18,763 nucleotides of DNA, taken from positions 1 to 18,763 of the IMG/VR virus record IMGVR_UViG_2617270943_000005; one strand, written 5' to 3'. A program made the position numbers and the translations under genes. Positions 5,632-15,076 of the stretch are shown here, piece by piece; position 1 is the first letter of the stretch, and each line of letters begins with the position of its first letter. Below the pieces are notes generated by a model, which was not told where the DNA came from, ran no database searches, and worked only from the letters and a program-made list of their open reading frames with translations. Origin of the DNA: a virus (taxonomy: Duplodnaviria > Heunggongvirae > Uroviricota > Caudoviricetes).

Positions 5632-8073
5632 TTAATACAGGTTCCGCCACTTATCATCTTCCTGCAAACGCTGGTTCCGATAGAAGATTCGCAGGCCTGC
5701 TCCTGACGGAATGCTGCCGCCGCGAAGGAGTAAATCGACCTCTTTCTCGCTGCCATCAAATCCTCTGGACTTCAGTTCATACACGAGCTGCAGTCGCTGA
5801 TGGTCTGTAATTCGCTGTTTGTAGTCTTTACGACGTTTCGGTTTAACCAGGCGTAACCTTGCTACCAGTTCCCGGCGCTCTTTTTTGCTCAGACTGTGCA
5901 GGTATTCGTGCAACTCTTTGTCATCCATGCGGGTGATATCCGTTCTGGTATCCCCATCAGCTGATTTGTTTTTCTCCTGTTGGTTCAAATTTTCAGCAAG
6001 GGGACAGTTATTGCCACGAGTCCAAGGGGCGCAAGCGCCCTGGTCGGCTGCCGCCTCCTGAACGTCAACGGCCTTACGAACCATTTTCCACTTCACTGCA
6101 TGAGTGCAGATCTTGCCCTCTGCAATGGGTGACCAGATGCCATAAATACGAATACCGTGATCGCCATAGGCGGTTGGCTCTTCGTTGATTTCATAAGCGG
6201 TTCTGATGAGGTGATATTTGCGGGGAACCAGTACGCCGCCCTGCTTCATGATGTAGGTGGCAAAACAACCAGCATCAGCAGCAGCCAGGATGGCATCAAG
6301 GCGCGGGTTATCCAGTACCGGCGCACCTGCTTTTTTGTCACCCTGTTGCCTTGCCGCCTGACCAGCCAGCAATCGCAGTTCACGGTAAGCCTGACGCCCC
6401 GGAATGCCAAAGAAGCGGAATTGCTGAACACGATGCAGAGACGCCCAGGCATTAACGTATTCAGCGTTATCACACAGGGATTTCCCCGTTTCCTTACTGA
6501 TCTCGCCAGCCAGACCACGTCCGTCAATATTCTTACTGATATATTTCGCAATGTAGCTTGTCGGCGTTCCTTTGCGCGGGTTTATCAGCTCAGACTTAAA
6601 GCGTGGCCCCGTGTTATTGCCCAGCTCCTCGCGGTCTTCACGGATGGCAAACTTACGCAACAATGCAGTAATGGCGCGGCGGTCTTTTTTGCGCATGAAA
6701 CACAACAGGTGCCAGTGAACTGTGCCGTCATGATGCGGCTCAGCCACCCGCACGCCATACCAGCGCAACCCGGCTTTGTGCATAGCCTTACGAAATGCAG
6801 CAAACATGCCGACCAGATAATCACTGCTTTGTCTTACTGTCGCGTTGGTCCAGGTCGGGTTTGGCCTGCCGTTATTTAGCGTGGAATGGAAACGTGACGG
6901 ACAGGTGATGGTGTAGAAAACGGCGCAGTCACCGCGCATTTCCGCGATAAGCTCCAGACCTTTAACACAGGCCATCATCTCATTGCGGCGATGCGCAGGG
7001 TTGCTGCTGCTGGCGTTTACCACATCCTCCATGTCCAGCGTGTCGCCGTCTTCGTTCACCAGTTCATGAGAACGAAAAAACTCCAGCGACTTACGGCGCT
7101 GCTCACGTTTATGCATCACGGCTTCATAGCTGACATAGGGAGATGCTTTTTTGCTGACCAGGCAAACAGCACGCAACTGCTCTTCCCGCCATTCGCAACG
7201 CATCTTCCATAATTTCCGGTACCACCAGTCGGCGCACAACATACGCGCCAGCGAACCCGGAATGAGTTCATAGGGCACGGGTTTACGGCGGTTTCTTTTC
7301 CGGCGGAGTTGCTCAAACGCAGGCGGGATGACATCCAGACGCAGGGTTTCCGCTGCCATCTTTTCCCATGTCTTGCGGATTTCTTCTGGCTTAACGTCAT
7401 CGGTGACATACAAATCGCCACAAGCTGCATCAAGGCACATGCTCATATGCGCAGCGACAAGGGTAGACAAACGTTTCACCTGATCCTGACTCATTTCAGG
7501 CAGGATCAGCAGGCCGTCCAGCCCTTCATGGCTTGCCATAAAGCGAAAAGAAGTGGATAGCTGACTGTCGCGTACATGCTCCAGTCGTTCCAGACATGGC
7601 TTAATCGTCTCACGCAAATAGCGGGAATAAGCCTTTGGCCTGCCCAGGCTGCTGAAGTATTCAATACGTTGCATCAGCGGCTTGCTGATATGGGAAGGCT
7701 GGGCATTGACGTCCGCCAGAATGACCATATCTGGATTAAAACGCTGCTGCTCATGCGCCAGCTTTGCCCGGCTAATGAGCTTATCCTGCTCCATTTCGCG
7801 TTGGACAGGATCACGGGATTCATTAAAGAAATAACGCTCCCAGACCTGATCACTCAGTGCCTCGCGGCGCAGTTGTTCCTGCTCGTTATCGGCAGCGTAC
7901 AGAGTGATCAGGTTTGAAAGCGCAGAAATCGGCGCAACTTCCGCCGGGTCCAGATAAGGGTTAATGGCTTTCTTAGGTAAATTCCACGAATAACCCCCGG
8001 CAGAATTCTCAATGCTACCGGAAGTTACACTGACAAATGGATCGGCAAGACGGCCTGTGCTGATCTCTGTCAC
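5632..8073 (-). CDS. A: Phage replication initiation endonuclease (P2 gpA family), 813 aa
   Basis: Large ORF whose translation I recognise as the P2/186 replication protein A family. GTG start at 8073..8071 overlaps the TGA stop of the upstream gene (GTGA); SD AGGAG 7 nt upstream. Confidence 0.88.
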   Translation of the reverse strand: MTEISTGRLADPFVSVTSGSIENSAGGYSWNLPKKAINPYLDPAEVAPISALSNLITLYAADNEQEQLRREALSDQVWERYFFNESRDPVQREMEQDKLISRAKLAHEQQRFNPDMVILADVNAQPSHISKPLMQRIEYFSSLGRPKAYSRYLRETIKPCLERLEHVRDSQLSTSFRFMASHEGLDGLLILPEMSQDQVKRLSTLVAAHMSMCLDAACGDLYVTDDVKPEEIRKTWEKMAAETLRLDVIPPAFEQLRRKRNRRKPVPYELIPGSLARMLCADWWYRKLWKMRCEWREEQLRAVCLVSKKASPYVSYEAVMHKREQRRKSLEFFRSHELVNEDGDTLDMEDVVNASSSNPAHRRNEMMACVKGLELIAEMRGDCAVFYTITCPSRFHSTLNNGRPNPTWTNATVRQSSDYLVGMFAAFRKAMHKAGLRWYGVRVAEPHHDGTVHWHLLCFMRKKDRRAITALLRKFAIREDREELGNNTGPRFKSELINPRKGTPTSYIAKYISKNIDGRGLAGEISKETGKSLCDNAEYVNAWASLHRVQQFRFFGIPGRQAYRELRLLAGQAARQQGDKKAGAPVLDNPRLDAILAAADAGCFATYIMKQGGVLVPRKYHLIRTAYEINEEPTAYGDHGIRIYGIWSPIAEGKICTHAVKWKMVRKAVDVQEAAADQGACAPWTRGNNCPLAENLNQQEKNKSADGDTRTDITRMDDKELHEYLHSLSKKERRELVARLRLVKPKRRKDYKQRITDHQRLQLVYELKSRGFDGSEKEVDLLLRGGSIPSGAGLRIFYRNQRLQEDDKWRNLY

Positions 8074-9080
8074 TCACAGACTCCTGCATATACACTGCTG
8101 CACACCGCTTTATCATTCATGCCTGCCAGCAGGTCAAACTGCATACCGCCCCGAGTCGTTAAGGCCCAGTCCCGATAAGTTTCAATGCCATAAGCATCAA
8201 CAGTTATGACTTCGATCCGTTTTTCAGCACGGCGCGGATCATGCGTGGATGGAAAGAACGTTGAATTGCCATGTCTTGAACATTCCGCAACCAGTCTTTC
8301 CCACTCAGCCACTCGGCGGATTTCTTCTGGCCAGCGTTGGAAAATCTCAGCAAGTTCTGACTTGCGAGCATGAATACATGGCATACAACCGACACGACTG
8401 CATCCCTGCATATAAAGGGGGTTAGGCTTAATGCCATGACGTTTGGCAATAGCAAACACATCCTCATGCAGCCAATTAAGGATCGGACGATAAACATGCA
8501 GGCCCAGAGTATTGTCTGCATCGTCCTCCCACTCAGGCAACAATGCACGTTCCGGTGATTCCTGCCCCCGGACTCCTTGCCAGCTGATTACCTCATCGTA
8601 TTTATCCAGAGCCGGATCGATTACCTGTGTACGTATTGGTTCATGTTTCAGTTCAAAAGTGCAGAAACGAGCTTTTGTTGAAGGGAAGCGACCTTTCCAC
8701 ATGCACAAATCAAGAAACGGAACGCCGGTTGGTTTAAGGATTTCCAGTGCCCGGTAAATACGTTCCTCAGCCTCATCTGTCGACATACCACATTCCTCAA
8801 CGAGAGAAATGGGCCACTTTTCCGCAATGAATTTACGTTTCCCTTCTATCTGGCGTGTGAAATCCGCTTTGACGCGAATAATCTTGCCCAGCTTTGATTC
8901 CAGATAATCCAGATATTCTATTGTCTGTGGATGTTCATGACCCGTATCGGCAAATACAGAAATATGCGGAACATCGTTTTCAATGGCTCTTAGCCATTGA
9001 GCGAGACTATCTTTGCCACCAGAAGTAGTGATGATGTTAATGGTGCTTGAGGCAAAGCAACGCGGATCGATAGCATTCAT
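8070..9080 (-). CDS. Phosphoadenosine-phosphosulfate (PAPS) reductase-like family protein, 336 aa
   Basis: N-terminal ITTSGGKDS is the PP-loop (SGGxDS) typical of PAPS reductase / ATP-pyrophosphatase-fold proteins; ATG 9080 overlaps the dam stop (ATGA); SD GAGG present. Confidence 0.8.
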   Translation of the reverse strand: MNAIDPRCFASSTINIITTSGGKDSLAQWLRAIENDVPHISVFADTGHEHPQTIEYLDYLESKLGKIIRVKADFTRQIEGKRKFIAEKWPISLVEECGMSTDEAEERIYRALEILKPTGVPFLDLCMWKGRFPSTKARFCTFELKHEPIRTQVIDPALDKYDEVISWQGVRGQESPERALLPEWEDDADNTLGLHVYRPILNWLHEDVFAIAKRHGIKPNPLYMQGCSRVGCMPCIHARKSELAEIFQRWPEEIRRVAEWERLVAECSRHGNSTFFPSTHDPRRAEKRIEVITVDAYGIETYRDWALTTRGGMQFDLLAGMNDKAVCSSVYAGVCE

Positions 9081-9925
9081 GAGCGTACCTCAACGGTACG
9101 GTCAGAGCCGCTGGCAAAATCGACACCAAACCACCCAGCTGATTTGGTGGCAATGATTTCTGCTGCAGATTTACTCTCGCCAGCTGACACGCCGATGCTG
9201 CGTTTTGCCTTGATGTAGTAGTGAGTGAAATTGCGATACAGCGAACGAATCAGGGATGTGTCACTGTTAGAAACAATGACCGGATGACCTTCAGATGATC
9301 GATGTTCAAGAACGGATGCCAGGTGATACTGGTCATCTTCAGTGAAGCCATCAGTGTGATAGCCGGAAAACGTACCGTCATAAGGCGGATCGCAATACAC
9401 CACATCCCCCGCCTTCAACATCGCCAGCGTTTCATCAAAGCTGGCGCAGATAAACGTTGCCCGCTGGGCTTTCTCTGCAAATGCGCGAATTTCTTTTTCA
9501 GGGAAATACGGATTTTTATAATTACCGTAGGGAATGTTGAAATACCCGCTCTTGTTATAGCGACATAACCCACGATAACCATGACGATTGAGATACAGAA
9601 AATATACCGCTTTCATGAAATCAGTAATTTCAGTGGAGTAATTAAACTCCTGCCTTATGTTGTAATAAGCCACCTCCCTGTTTGCTTCCTCAAATAAAGC
9701 TCTGGCACGAGATATAAACGCCTCACAATCAGCAGCAACCTTTTTATAGAGGTTGATTAAATCAGGATTAATATCCGCAACAAGATAGCTGGGGTAATCC
9801 GTCTCCATCATCACTGCACAGGAACCCGCGAAAGGTTCAACCAGTCGCGGGCCAGCAGGAAGATGCTTTTTCAGTTCGGACATTATGGCGGTTTTATTTC
9901 CCGCCCATTTCAGGATGGTGCTCAT
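9077..9925 (-). CDS. dam: DNA N6-adenine methyltransferase (Dam family), 282 aa
   Basis: Motifs [16 protein letters not shown] and DPPY (VYCDPPYDG). Start chosen at ATG 9925 (SD GGAGG; overlaps the stop of the upstream gene, ATGA) rather than the longer six-frame ORF starting at 9985. Confidence 0.88.
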   Translation of the reverse strand: MSTILKWAGNKTAIMSELKKHLPAGPRLVEPFAGSCAVMMETDYPSYLVADINPDLINLYKKVAADCEAFISRARALFEEANREVAYYNIRQEFNYSTEITDFMKAVYFLYLNRHGYRGLCRYNKSGYFNIPYGNYKNPYFPEKEIRAFAEKAQRATFICASFDETLAMLKAGDVVYCDPPYDGTFSGYHTDGFTEDDQYHLASVLEHRSSEGHPVIVSNSDTSLIRSLYRNFTHYYIKAKRSIGVSAGESKSAAEIIATKSAGWFGVDFASGSDRTVEVRS

Positions 9926-10149
9926 ACAGCACCTCCGTTGTAATGTTTGCCTTTCAGCTCTGCGATTTCCTGACAGGTAATGCAAAGCTGCACACCCGGA
10001 ATGGCACGACGGCGTGCTGGCGGAATTGGCGCTTCACACTCAACGCAAAGCACGCGGGACACGCCCGGCGTTTTGGCACGGGCAGCACGGATATGACGTT
10101 GGCGTTCTTCTTCAACTCGCTGCTGTACGAGATCCATTGCATCAGCCAT
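9922..10149 (-). CDS. TraR/DksA-family C4 zinc-finger protein, 75 aa
   Basis: CVEC-x17-CITC four-cysteine finger in a 75-aa protein, typical of small phage TraR/DksA-like proteins; start overlaps the upstream stop (TGATG). Confidence 0.82.
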   Translation of the reverse strand: MADAMDLVQQRVEEERQRHIRAARAKTPGVSRVLCVECEAPIPPARRRAIPGVQLCITCQEIAELKGKHYNGGAV

Positions 10150-10382
10150 CAGTGGATCTCCTGCGCTTCGTTCTGGATTGCTTCAGCAGTCACACGCAGC
10201 AGTTCTGCCGCTTCGACGTGGTTTAACTGGCGGGATGTGATATGACACGCCAGGCGATCAAGGCGAGCTGCCATTGCTTCAGCCCTTGCCCGGCGTTCTT
10301 CCAGACGAGCCTCTGTCAGTAAAATATTAAGCCCTGCGTCATCCGGTCCGGTTTTAGTCGTGAAGGTTTCAATATTACGCAT
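10149..10382 (-). CDS. Hypothetical phage early protein, 77 aa
   Basis: ORF in the translationally coupled early operon; start at ATG 10382 with SD AGGAG 8 nt upstream (the six-frame call begins at an upstream TTG). Confidence 0.55.
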   Translation of the reverse strand: MRNIETFTTKTGPDDAGLNILLTEARLEERRARAEAMAARLDRLACHITSRQLNHVEAAELLRVTAEAIQNEAQEIH

Positions 10383-10449
10383 AATCAATTCTCCTGTATT
10401 TAGATAAAGGGATGCCCGGCGGGTTTACGCCATTAATTTCATTAGTTGG

Positions 10450-10791
10450 TTAATTCGGCATGGTTAGCCGTCTGGGAAATAAGCTCACCACTGCACGAAA
10501 ATGATTCATTGCTTTAATCAGCTCCCGCTTTTCGTCAGTGGTCAGCTCATTAATGCTGATGCTATGACGTTCAGCTGGAATTTTTGCCATAAAGAATATG
10601 GCAGCCAGTGCTCGTTTATTTTGTTCGTTATTGATATCCCGTGGATCACGCATATCTTTAATAAACCGCTCAAGCTCTGACTCAATATTCAGGCCAAATA
10701 CTTTCGCCCTTAACTCCGCAATGTGATTAAGTCCATTCAGGCGTTCACCGGGGCTTAATGGAACAGTCGCCGCAGCGCCTTCAATAGCCAT
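10450..10791 (-). CDS. Hypothetical phage early protein, 113 aa
   Basis: ORF with ATG 10791 and upstream GGGGGAA; same orientation as the early operon; no family recognised. Confidence 0.5.
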   Translation of the reverse strand: MAIEGAAATVPLSPGERLNGLNHIAELRAKVFGLNIESELERFIKDMRDPRDINNEQNKRALAAIFFMAKIPAERHSISINELTTDEKRELIKAMNHFRAVVSLFPRRLTMPN

Positions 10792-10955
10792 TTGTTCCCC
10801 CGTTTTTTCGTAGATAGTTCTGCCAGCAATTCATCTTGTGAACGGCACGGATGCCAGCGTTTACCATCCTCACCCATGATCCAGCCGTGACCGTAGTGCA
10901 TTGCCGGACTTTGTTTTACCAGGAGCGATGCAAATGATGGTTCTTTCATCAGCAT
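10755..10955 (-). CDS. Hypothetical small protein, 66 aa, immediately after cII (position of 186 fil)
   Basis: ATG 10955 with SD GAGGTG 5 nt upstream; overlaps the next ORF by 37 nt; the assignment rests on position only. Confidence 0.4.
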   Translation of the reverse strand: MLMKEPSFASLLVKQSPAMHYGHGWIMGEDGKRWHPCRSQDELLAELSTKKRGNKWLLKALRRLFH

Positions 10956-10962
10956 AAGCACC

Positions 10963-11472
10963 TCACAGCAAACCGAATGAAGCACCGAGGCCAGTCACGG
11001 TATCAACCGCACTCGCCATCGCAGGATTAGCCTGTAAACGGGCCTGCAATGAAACAGCAGCCAGCGCCATCAGTCGTGTAACAGAGTTAATGCTGCTGAT
11101 AGCATCACGACGACCGGCACAGGTTTTTACCTCGCCAGATACCGCACCTGCAGCAACACGCCCGATCTCTGCGGTTGCACTCATGACGTAATGTGGCAGT
11201 TTCTCTTTTGCCACCTCATTAATCGGTACACATGGTAGGCAGTGAATCTGTGCCAGAAAACCATCTATCAGCGTTGAATCTTCAGTCAGATCGGTAAGCA
11301 GCCAGATTTCTGGCGCATTGAGCTGATGCGGTTGATCTGGGTTGAGTTTGTTTCGCAGTGTCTGGACATTCATTCCTGCACGTTCTGCCAGCTTCGCCAT
11401 ATTGTGACGAAGTGCAAAAGCTCTACAGGCTTCATCAAAATGCGGGTGTTTGGAAATCTTATAATCAAACAT
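10963..11472 (-). CDS. cII: Phage CII-like transcriptional activator (186 CII family), 169 aa
   Basis: 169-aa protein MFDYKISKHPHFDEACRAFALRHNMAKLAERAGMNVQTLRNKLNP... matches the length and N-terminal HTH region of coliphage 186 CII as I recall it; second gene of the rightward-type operon after the apl/cox-like gene. Confidence 0.8.
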   Translation of the reverse strand: MFDYKISKHPHFDEACRAFALRHNMAKLAERAGMNVQTLRNKLNPDQPHQLNAPEIWLLTDLTEDSTLIDGFLAQIHCLPCVPINEVAKEKLPHYVMSATAEIGRVAAGAVSGEVKTCAGRRDAISSINSVTRLMALAAVSLQARLQANPAMASAVDTVTGLGASFGLL

Positions 11473-11504
11473 GCTACCCCCTTAGAAAGTTCTCATAATT
11501 GAAC

Positions 11505-11747
11505 TTACTTACCAACAATGACGCGGAAGTTGGAATGACCGAGGGATTCACGGACCTGATCGGTTTTGTACATTAAATAACGCAGGCTTACGCGGCCTTT
11601 GTTTTTTTCCTTCTTGACCATGTATTTAGCAAGCTGACCATGGTGAATTTTTTGATACACAGAGCCGCGGGAGATACCTTCCCATTCAGCGAACTCAGCA
11701 GGCGTTGCCATCTCTTTTGGTACACGAATTGAAATATCAGTACTCAT
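11505..11747 (-). CDS. Cox/Apl-like small DNA-binding protein (excisionase/repressor), 80 aa
   Basis: First gene of the operon divergent from cI-int; small basic protein; position identical to apl in 186 and cox in P2. Confidence 0.6.
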   Translation of the reverse strand: MSTDISIRVPKEMATPAEFAEWEGISRGSVYQKIHHGQLAKYMVKKEKNKGRVSLRYLMYKTDQVRESLGHSNFRVIVGK

Positions 11748-11834
11748 AGTGCAGTATCTCTTACTTTGTGTGCGTGTTAGTTCGTTTTAGCCCGTCTCTT
11801 AAACTCTCACATCAAGAGACACGAAGACATTACG

Positions 11835-11849
11835 ATCTTGATTCAAGAT
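11835..11849. promoter_or_regulatory. Perfect 15-bp palindrome in the lysis-lysogeny switch region (candidate operator)
   Basis: ATCTTGATTCAAGAT at 11835..11849, 20 bp upstream of the cI start; a second inverted repeat GTCTCTT-N13-AAGAGAC lies at about 11794..11820. Confidence 0.4.
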
Positions 11850-11868
11850 TGTCAAATGGAGATTACCA

Positions 11869-12501
11869 ATGTTAAACATCAGAATGGGTTCCGATACGGG
11901 AGGTAAAGCAGCTATTGAGAGGCTGCTTGCGGCTTATGGATTTACAACTAAGCAGGCATTAAGCGAGCACCTGAATGTCTCAAAAAGCACTATGGCGAAC
12001 AGAGTGTTACGTGACAGTTTTCCTGCTGACTGGATAATTCAGTGCGCACTAGAAACCGGTGTTTCGTTGCTTTGGTTAGCTACAGGACAGGGAAGCATGA
12101 AAGGAGGAAGTGAGCCTGAAAAAAGATCTCACAATGAGAACAAACAAGCAATTAAACCGTTATCCAAACTCATAACTCCATCTATTCCTAAAGGAACCTT
12201 GGAGAATGGACAACTCAGTATTGATGAAGAGATTTTCTTAGACCACAGCATATTACCTGCAGATTATGAAGAATCGATGTTCTTAGAAACCCCTACTGAT
12301 TGTTATCTCATCGATAAATCAGTTAAACAAGTCAGCAATGGATTCTGGCTTATCAATATTGATGGAATGATTATTATTGCAAAAATCATGCGGATTCCCG
12401 GCAATAAGATTGTAGTAAATCAAGATGAAGCGTCTTTCGAGTGCTCTGCTGATGATGTGGAAGTTATTGGGCGTGCAGTCAAAGTAATAAAGAGTATCTA
12501 A
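11869..12501 (+). CDS. cI: Phage CI-like repressor (186 CI family), 210 aa
   Basis: N-terminal HTH region (TTKQALSEHLNVSKSTMANRVLRD) and two-domain architecture like 186 CI; directly upstream of, and coupled to, int; divergent from the apl/cII operon. Confidence 0.8.
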   Translation: MLNIRMGSDTGGKAAIERLLAAYGFTTKQALSEHLNVSKSTMANRVLRDSFPADWIIQCALETGVSLLWLATGQGSMKGGSEPEKRSHNENKQAIKPLSKLITPSIPKGTLENGQLSIDEEIFLDHSILPADYEESMFLETPTDCYLIDKSVKQVSNGFWLINIDGMIIIAKIMRIPGNKIVVNQDEASFECSADDVEVIGRAVKVIKSI

Positions 12502-12503
12502 AC

Positions 12504-13520
12504 ATGACTGTCAGAAAACAGCCAAACGGTAAATGGTTGTGCGAGTGCTATCCCAATGGACGCAATGGCAAGCGCGTGCGTAAGCAATTTGCTACGAAAG
12601 GCGAAGCCATTGCTTTTGAAAGCTTCACAATGGCAGAAGTGAACAAAAAACCATGGCTGGGGGAAAAGGAAGATCGGCGACACCTATCAGAATTAATTGA
12701 GCAGTGGTATTCCCTATATGGTCAAACACTCGCAGACCCCAAGCGCCTCATGGCGAAACTTAGAATTATCTGTAATGGTCTGGGCGATCCCATCGCCTCA
12801 GAACTGACAGCCGGTGACTTTACGAAATACCGCGAAGCACGGTTAAAAGGCGAAGTGCGAAATGAAGATGGCACGCTTATGTCGCCCGTTAAGCCCCGCA
12901 CGGTAAACCTTGAACAGCGCAATCTATCATCGGTGTTCGGTACATTAAAAAAACTAGGACACTGGTCAGCACCAAACCCGCTGGCAGGACTTCCAACCTT
13001 CAAAATTGCTGAAGGTGAGCTGGCTTTTCTTTCCGCGGACGAAATCAAACGCCTATTGGTTGCCTGCGCAGATTCCCAGAGCCCCAGCCTTCTTATGATT
13101 GCAAAAATATGCCTGGCCACCGGCGCACGCTGGAGTGAAGCCGAAAACCTGCAGGGCCATCAGTTATCCAAATACCGCATCACTTATACCAAGACGAAGG
13201 GCAAGAAAAACCGTACCGTGCCGATATCTCAGGATCTGTACAACGAACTTCCCAAAAACAGAGGGAAGTTATTCACGCCATGCAGAAAAGCCTTTGAGCG
13301 AGCAGTAAAGCGGGCCGGTATCGTTCTACCTGAGGGACAATGTACTCATGTGTTACGCCATACATTCGCCAGCCACTTCATGATGAATGGAGGAAATATA
13401 CTGGTTCTCAAAGAAATTCTGGGGCATGCCGATATAAAGATGACAATGGCTTACGCTCATTTTTCTCCTGACCATTTGGAAGATGCCGTCCTGAAAAATC
13501 CTTTAACTAATTTAAGGTAA
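12504..13520 (+). CDS. int: Tyrosine integrase (P2/186 Int family), 338 aa
   Basis: Catalytic signature ATGARWSE ... HVLRHTFAS ... LGHADIKMTMAYAH (R, H-x-x-R, Y); size typical of P2 Int. Confidence 0.92.
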   Translation: MTVRKQPNGKWLCECYPNGRNGKRVRKQFATKGEAIAFESFTMAEVNKKPWLGEKEDRRHLSELIEQWYSLYGQTLADPKRLMAKLRIICNGLGDPIASELTAGDFTKYREARLKGEVRNEDGTLMSPVKPRTVNLEQRNLSSVFGTLKKLGHWSAPNPLAGLPTFKIAEGELAFLSADEIKRLLVACADSQSPSLLMIAKICLATGARWSEAENLQGHQLSKYRITYTKTKGKKNRTVPISQDLYNELPKNRGKLFTPCRKAFERAVKRAGIVLPEGQCTHVLRHTFASHFMMNGGNILVLKEILGHADIKMTMAYAHFSPDHLEDAVLKNPLTNLR

Positions 13521-13527
13521 TAGTTCA

Positions 13528-14766
13528 ATGGTTATTGAAACTAAAAGCAAAAAAATATCAAAAGTTGCGTTAAAAAGGCTTTTTAACACTATTTTAAAAA
13601 AATCCTCAATTCGTCCTCCTATAGAAGTTGGCAAAAATAATGACCTAATTACTGATTTCTCTGCAAAATGTGAAAAATTTAAAGATTGCCTGAAAGAATA
13701 CATAGAAAACAATAATGATGATATCTTAGCAAGAAGAGTTAAGAGCAGATTAAAAGTTATTGAGTCCGTGCAAGAAGGCATAATAAATTGTTTGGAATGC
13801 TTTCTTTCCGGAGATATCAAGTCAGCGTATGATTCTTTTGAGGAAATGCTTGAGCCAGATTTTGTATCAAGGCATATTAAAAATATTTGCATACCTTTAT
13901 CTGAAAAGTGTGGTAATAACAAGCGTCTATTTAGAGTCAGGAAATCCGAACGCCCTTTATCAACAAGAAAAGATATCTTTCATATTCCTTTCAATCAGCG
14001 CCATCTGGTTAGTGCACAACGCTACTCAGTTGCAGGTCTTCCGTGCCTTTATTTAGGAACTTCATTGTATATCTGCTGGCGAGAAATGGACAAACCCGAT
14101 TTTGATAAGTTATATATATCATCATTTACCACTAGCTCAGAGAATAATGAATCGCTACTATTAGATTTTAGTGCTGATTTCCTTTATAAAACGAAGCTAT
14201 TCTTTACATCTAAAAAAGAACATTCTTCAGCAAAAGAGCTTTCTTCGGTCACAATGTTATCATACCTCGCATTATGGCCTTTAATAATCGCATGCAATTA
14301 TTTAAAAAAACATAGCAATGCATCTTTCATTCAGGAATATATAATACCAAACTTACTTATGCAGTGGATAAGCAGGGATATTAACGATTACAACATTGTT
14401 GGAATTGCTTATCGTTCAACAAAACTACCTGCAAATGCTGATAGTGAGAGAGGGGTCAATGTCGTTCTTCCTCCAAAAATTCGTTACGAAGACATGAAGG
14501 TTAACGAATTCTGCCCAGAACTCTCCGGCTTATTTCACTGTACCCCACCAGTATCATGGCAGGTTCTAAAAACTCTTGAATATGTACCATTGCGTCAATC
14601 CTTCTCAGATAGAGAGATATTGAGTGACGAGCTCAGGAACAAAAAGCTCTGGGATATAATGGGCAATCTTGATGATGAAATTTTGAGCATTTATAAATTA
14701 TCTGACTTTTACAAGCTTGAAGTTTGTATGGATGAAATCCAAGTCCATAACGACATAAACACATAA
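13528..14766 (+). CDS. RES-domain-like protein (412 aa), AT-rich cargo between int and the right att repeat
   Basis: Segment RLFRVRKSERP...QRYSVAGLPCLYLGTSLYICWRE fits the RES-domain pattern (Arg ... G-x-P-x-LY-x-x-S ... E). Strong compositional shift to AT-rich immediately after the int stop. Confidence 0.65.
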   Translation: MVIETKSKKISKVALKRLFNTILKKSSIRPPIEVGKNNDLITDFSAKCEKFKDCLKEYIENNNDDILARRVKSRLKVIESVQEGIINCLECFLSGDIKSAYDSFEEMLEPDFVSRHIKNICIPLSEKCGNNKRLFRVRKSERPLSTRKDIFHIPFNQRHLVSAQRYSVAGLPCLYLGTSLYICWREMDKPDFDKLYISSFTTSSENNESLLLDFSADFLYKTKLFFTSKKEHSSAKELSSVTMLSYLALWPLIIACNYLKKHSNASFIQEYIIPNLLMQWISRDINDYNIVGIAYRSTKLPANADSERGVNVVLPPKIRYEDMKVNEFCPELSGLFHCTPPVSWQVLKTLEYVPLRQSFSDREILSDELRNKKLWDIMGNLDDEILSIYKLSDFYKLEVCMDEIQVHNDINT

Positions 14767-14883
14767 AAATTGGCGACAATTTGGCGGCAAATCATTAAAA
14801 ATACTTAAAACAACTAAACACAGCAAAACACTAACATACTGTTTTTAATGATAAATGCATGATTTCATTATAATTAAAATGGT

Positions 14884-14921
14884 ATGTAGGAATTTCGGAC
14901 GCGGGTTCAACTCCCGCCAGC
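14884..14921 (+). repeat. Right copy of 38-bp direct repeat (att site; duplicated ssrA 3' segment without the CCA end)
   Basis: Identical to 1016..1053; followed by CGATTGGACG instead of the tmRNA 3' end. Confidence 0.85.
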
Positions 14922-15043
14922 GATTGGACGGTGTAAGGACAACACTAACAAAAACAGGAAGTTAGAAGTCTCAGCAAGACACCGACCAGACGGTGAGGAG
15001 ATATAAAAGGATACGCAAAGGAGCCGCGGCTCCTGGTGATATG

Positions 15044-15067
15044 AAAGCCCACAGATGTGGGCTTTTT
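15044..15067. terminator. Hairpin terminator between the island and the autotransporter gene
   Basis: AAAGCCCACA / TGTGGGCTTT inverted repeat followed by a T-run on the plus strand; 10 nt from the autotransporter stop codon (15077..15079). Confidence 0.5.
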
Positions 15068-15076
15068 CGTTGATGG

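Larger units (their letters stand above)
1054..14883. mobile_element. Degenerate P2/186-family prophage (prophage remnant / defence island) integrated at the ssrA 3' end
   Basis: Bounded by the 38-bp direct repeats; contains a tyrosine integrase, CI-like repressor, CII-like and Cox/Apl-like regulators, replication endonuclease A, a cos-like motif and a portal-gene fragment in the P2 gene order, but no late (capsid/tail/lysis) genes. Confidence 0.85.

Noticed and set aside
6157-6879. 240-aa ORF on the plus strand inside replication gene A (also 6246..6551 -, 6585..6824 -, 6991..7212 +, 7309..7560 +, 7576..7917 +)
   Set aside because: Antisense or out-of-frame shadow ORFs within a well-supported 813-aa gene; no start context and no recognisable features.
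9926-9985. Longer Dam ORF starting at 9985 (MHYLSGNRRAERQ...)
   Set aside because: It would overlap the TraR/DksA-like gene by 60 nt; ATG 9925 has a GGAGG SD and a coupled ATGA overlap, and the protein then begins with the conserved MT N-terminus.
12722-13308. ORFs 12722..13120 (-) and 13099..13308 (+) within int
   Set aside because: Embedded in the integrase coding sequence on the opposite strand or another frame; the integrase frame carries the catalytic motifs.
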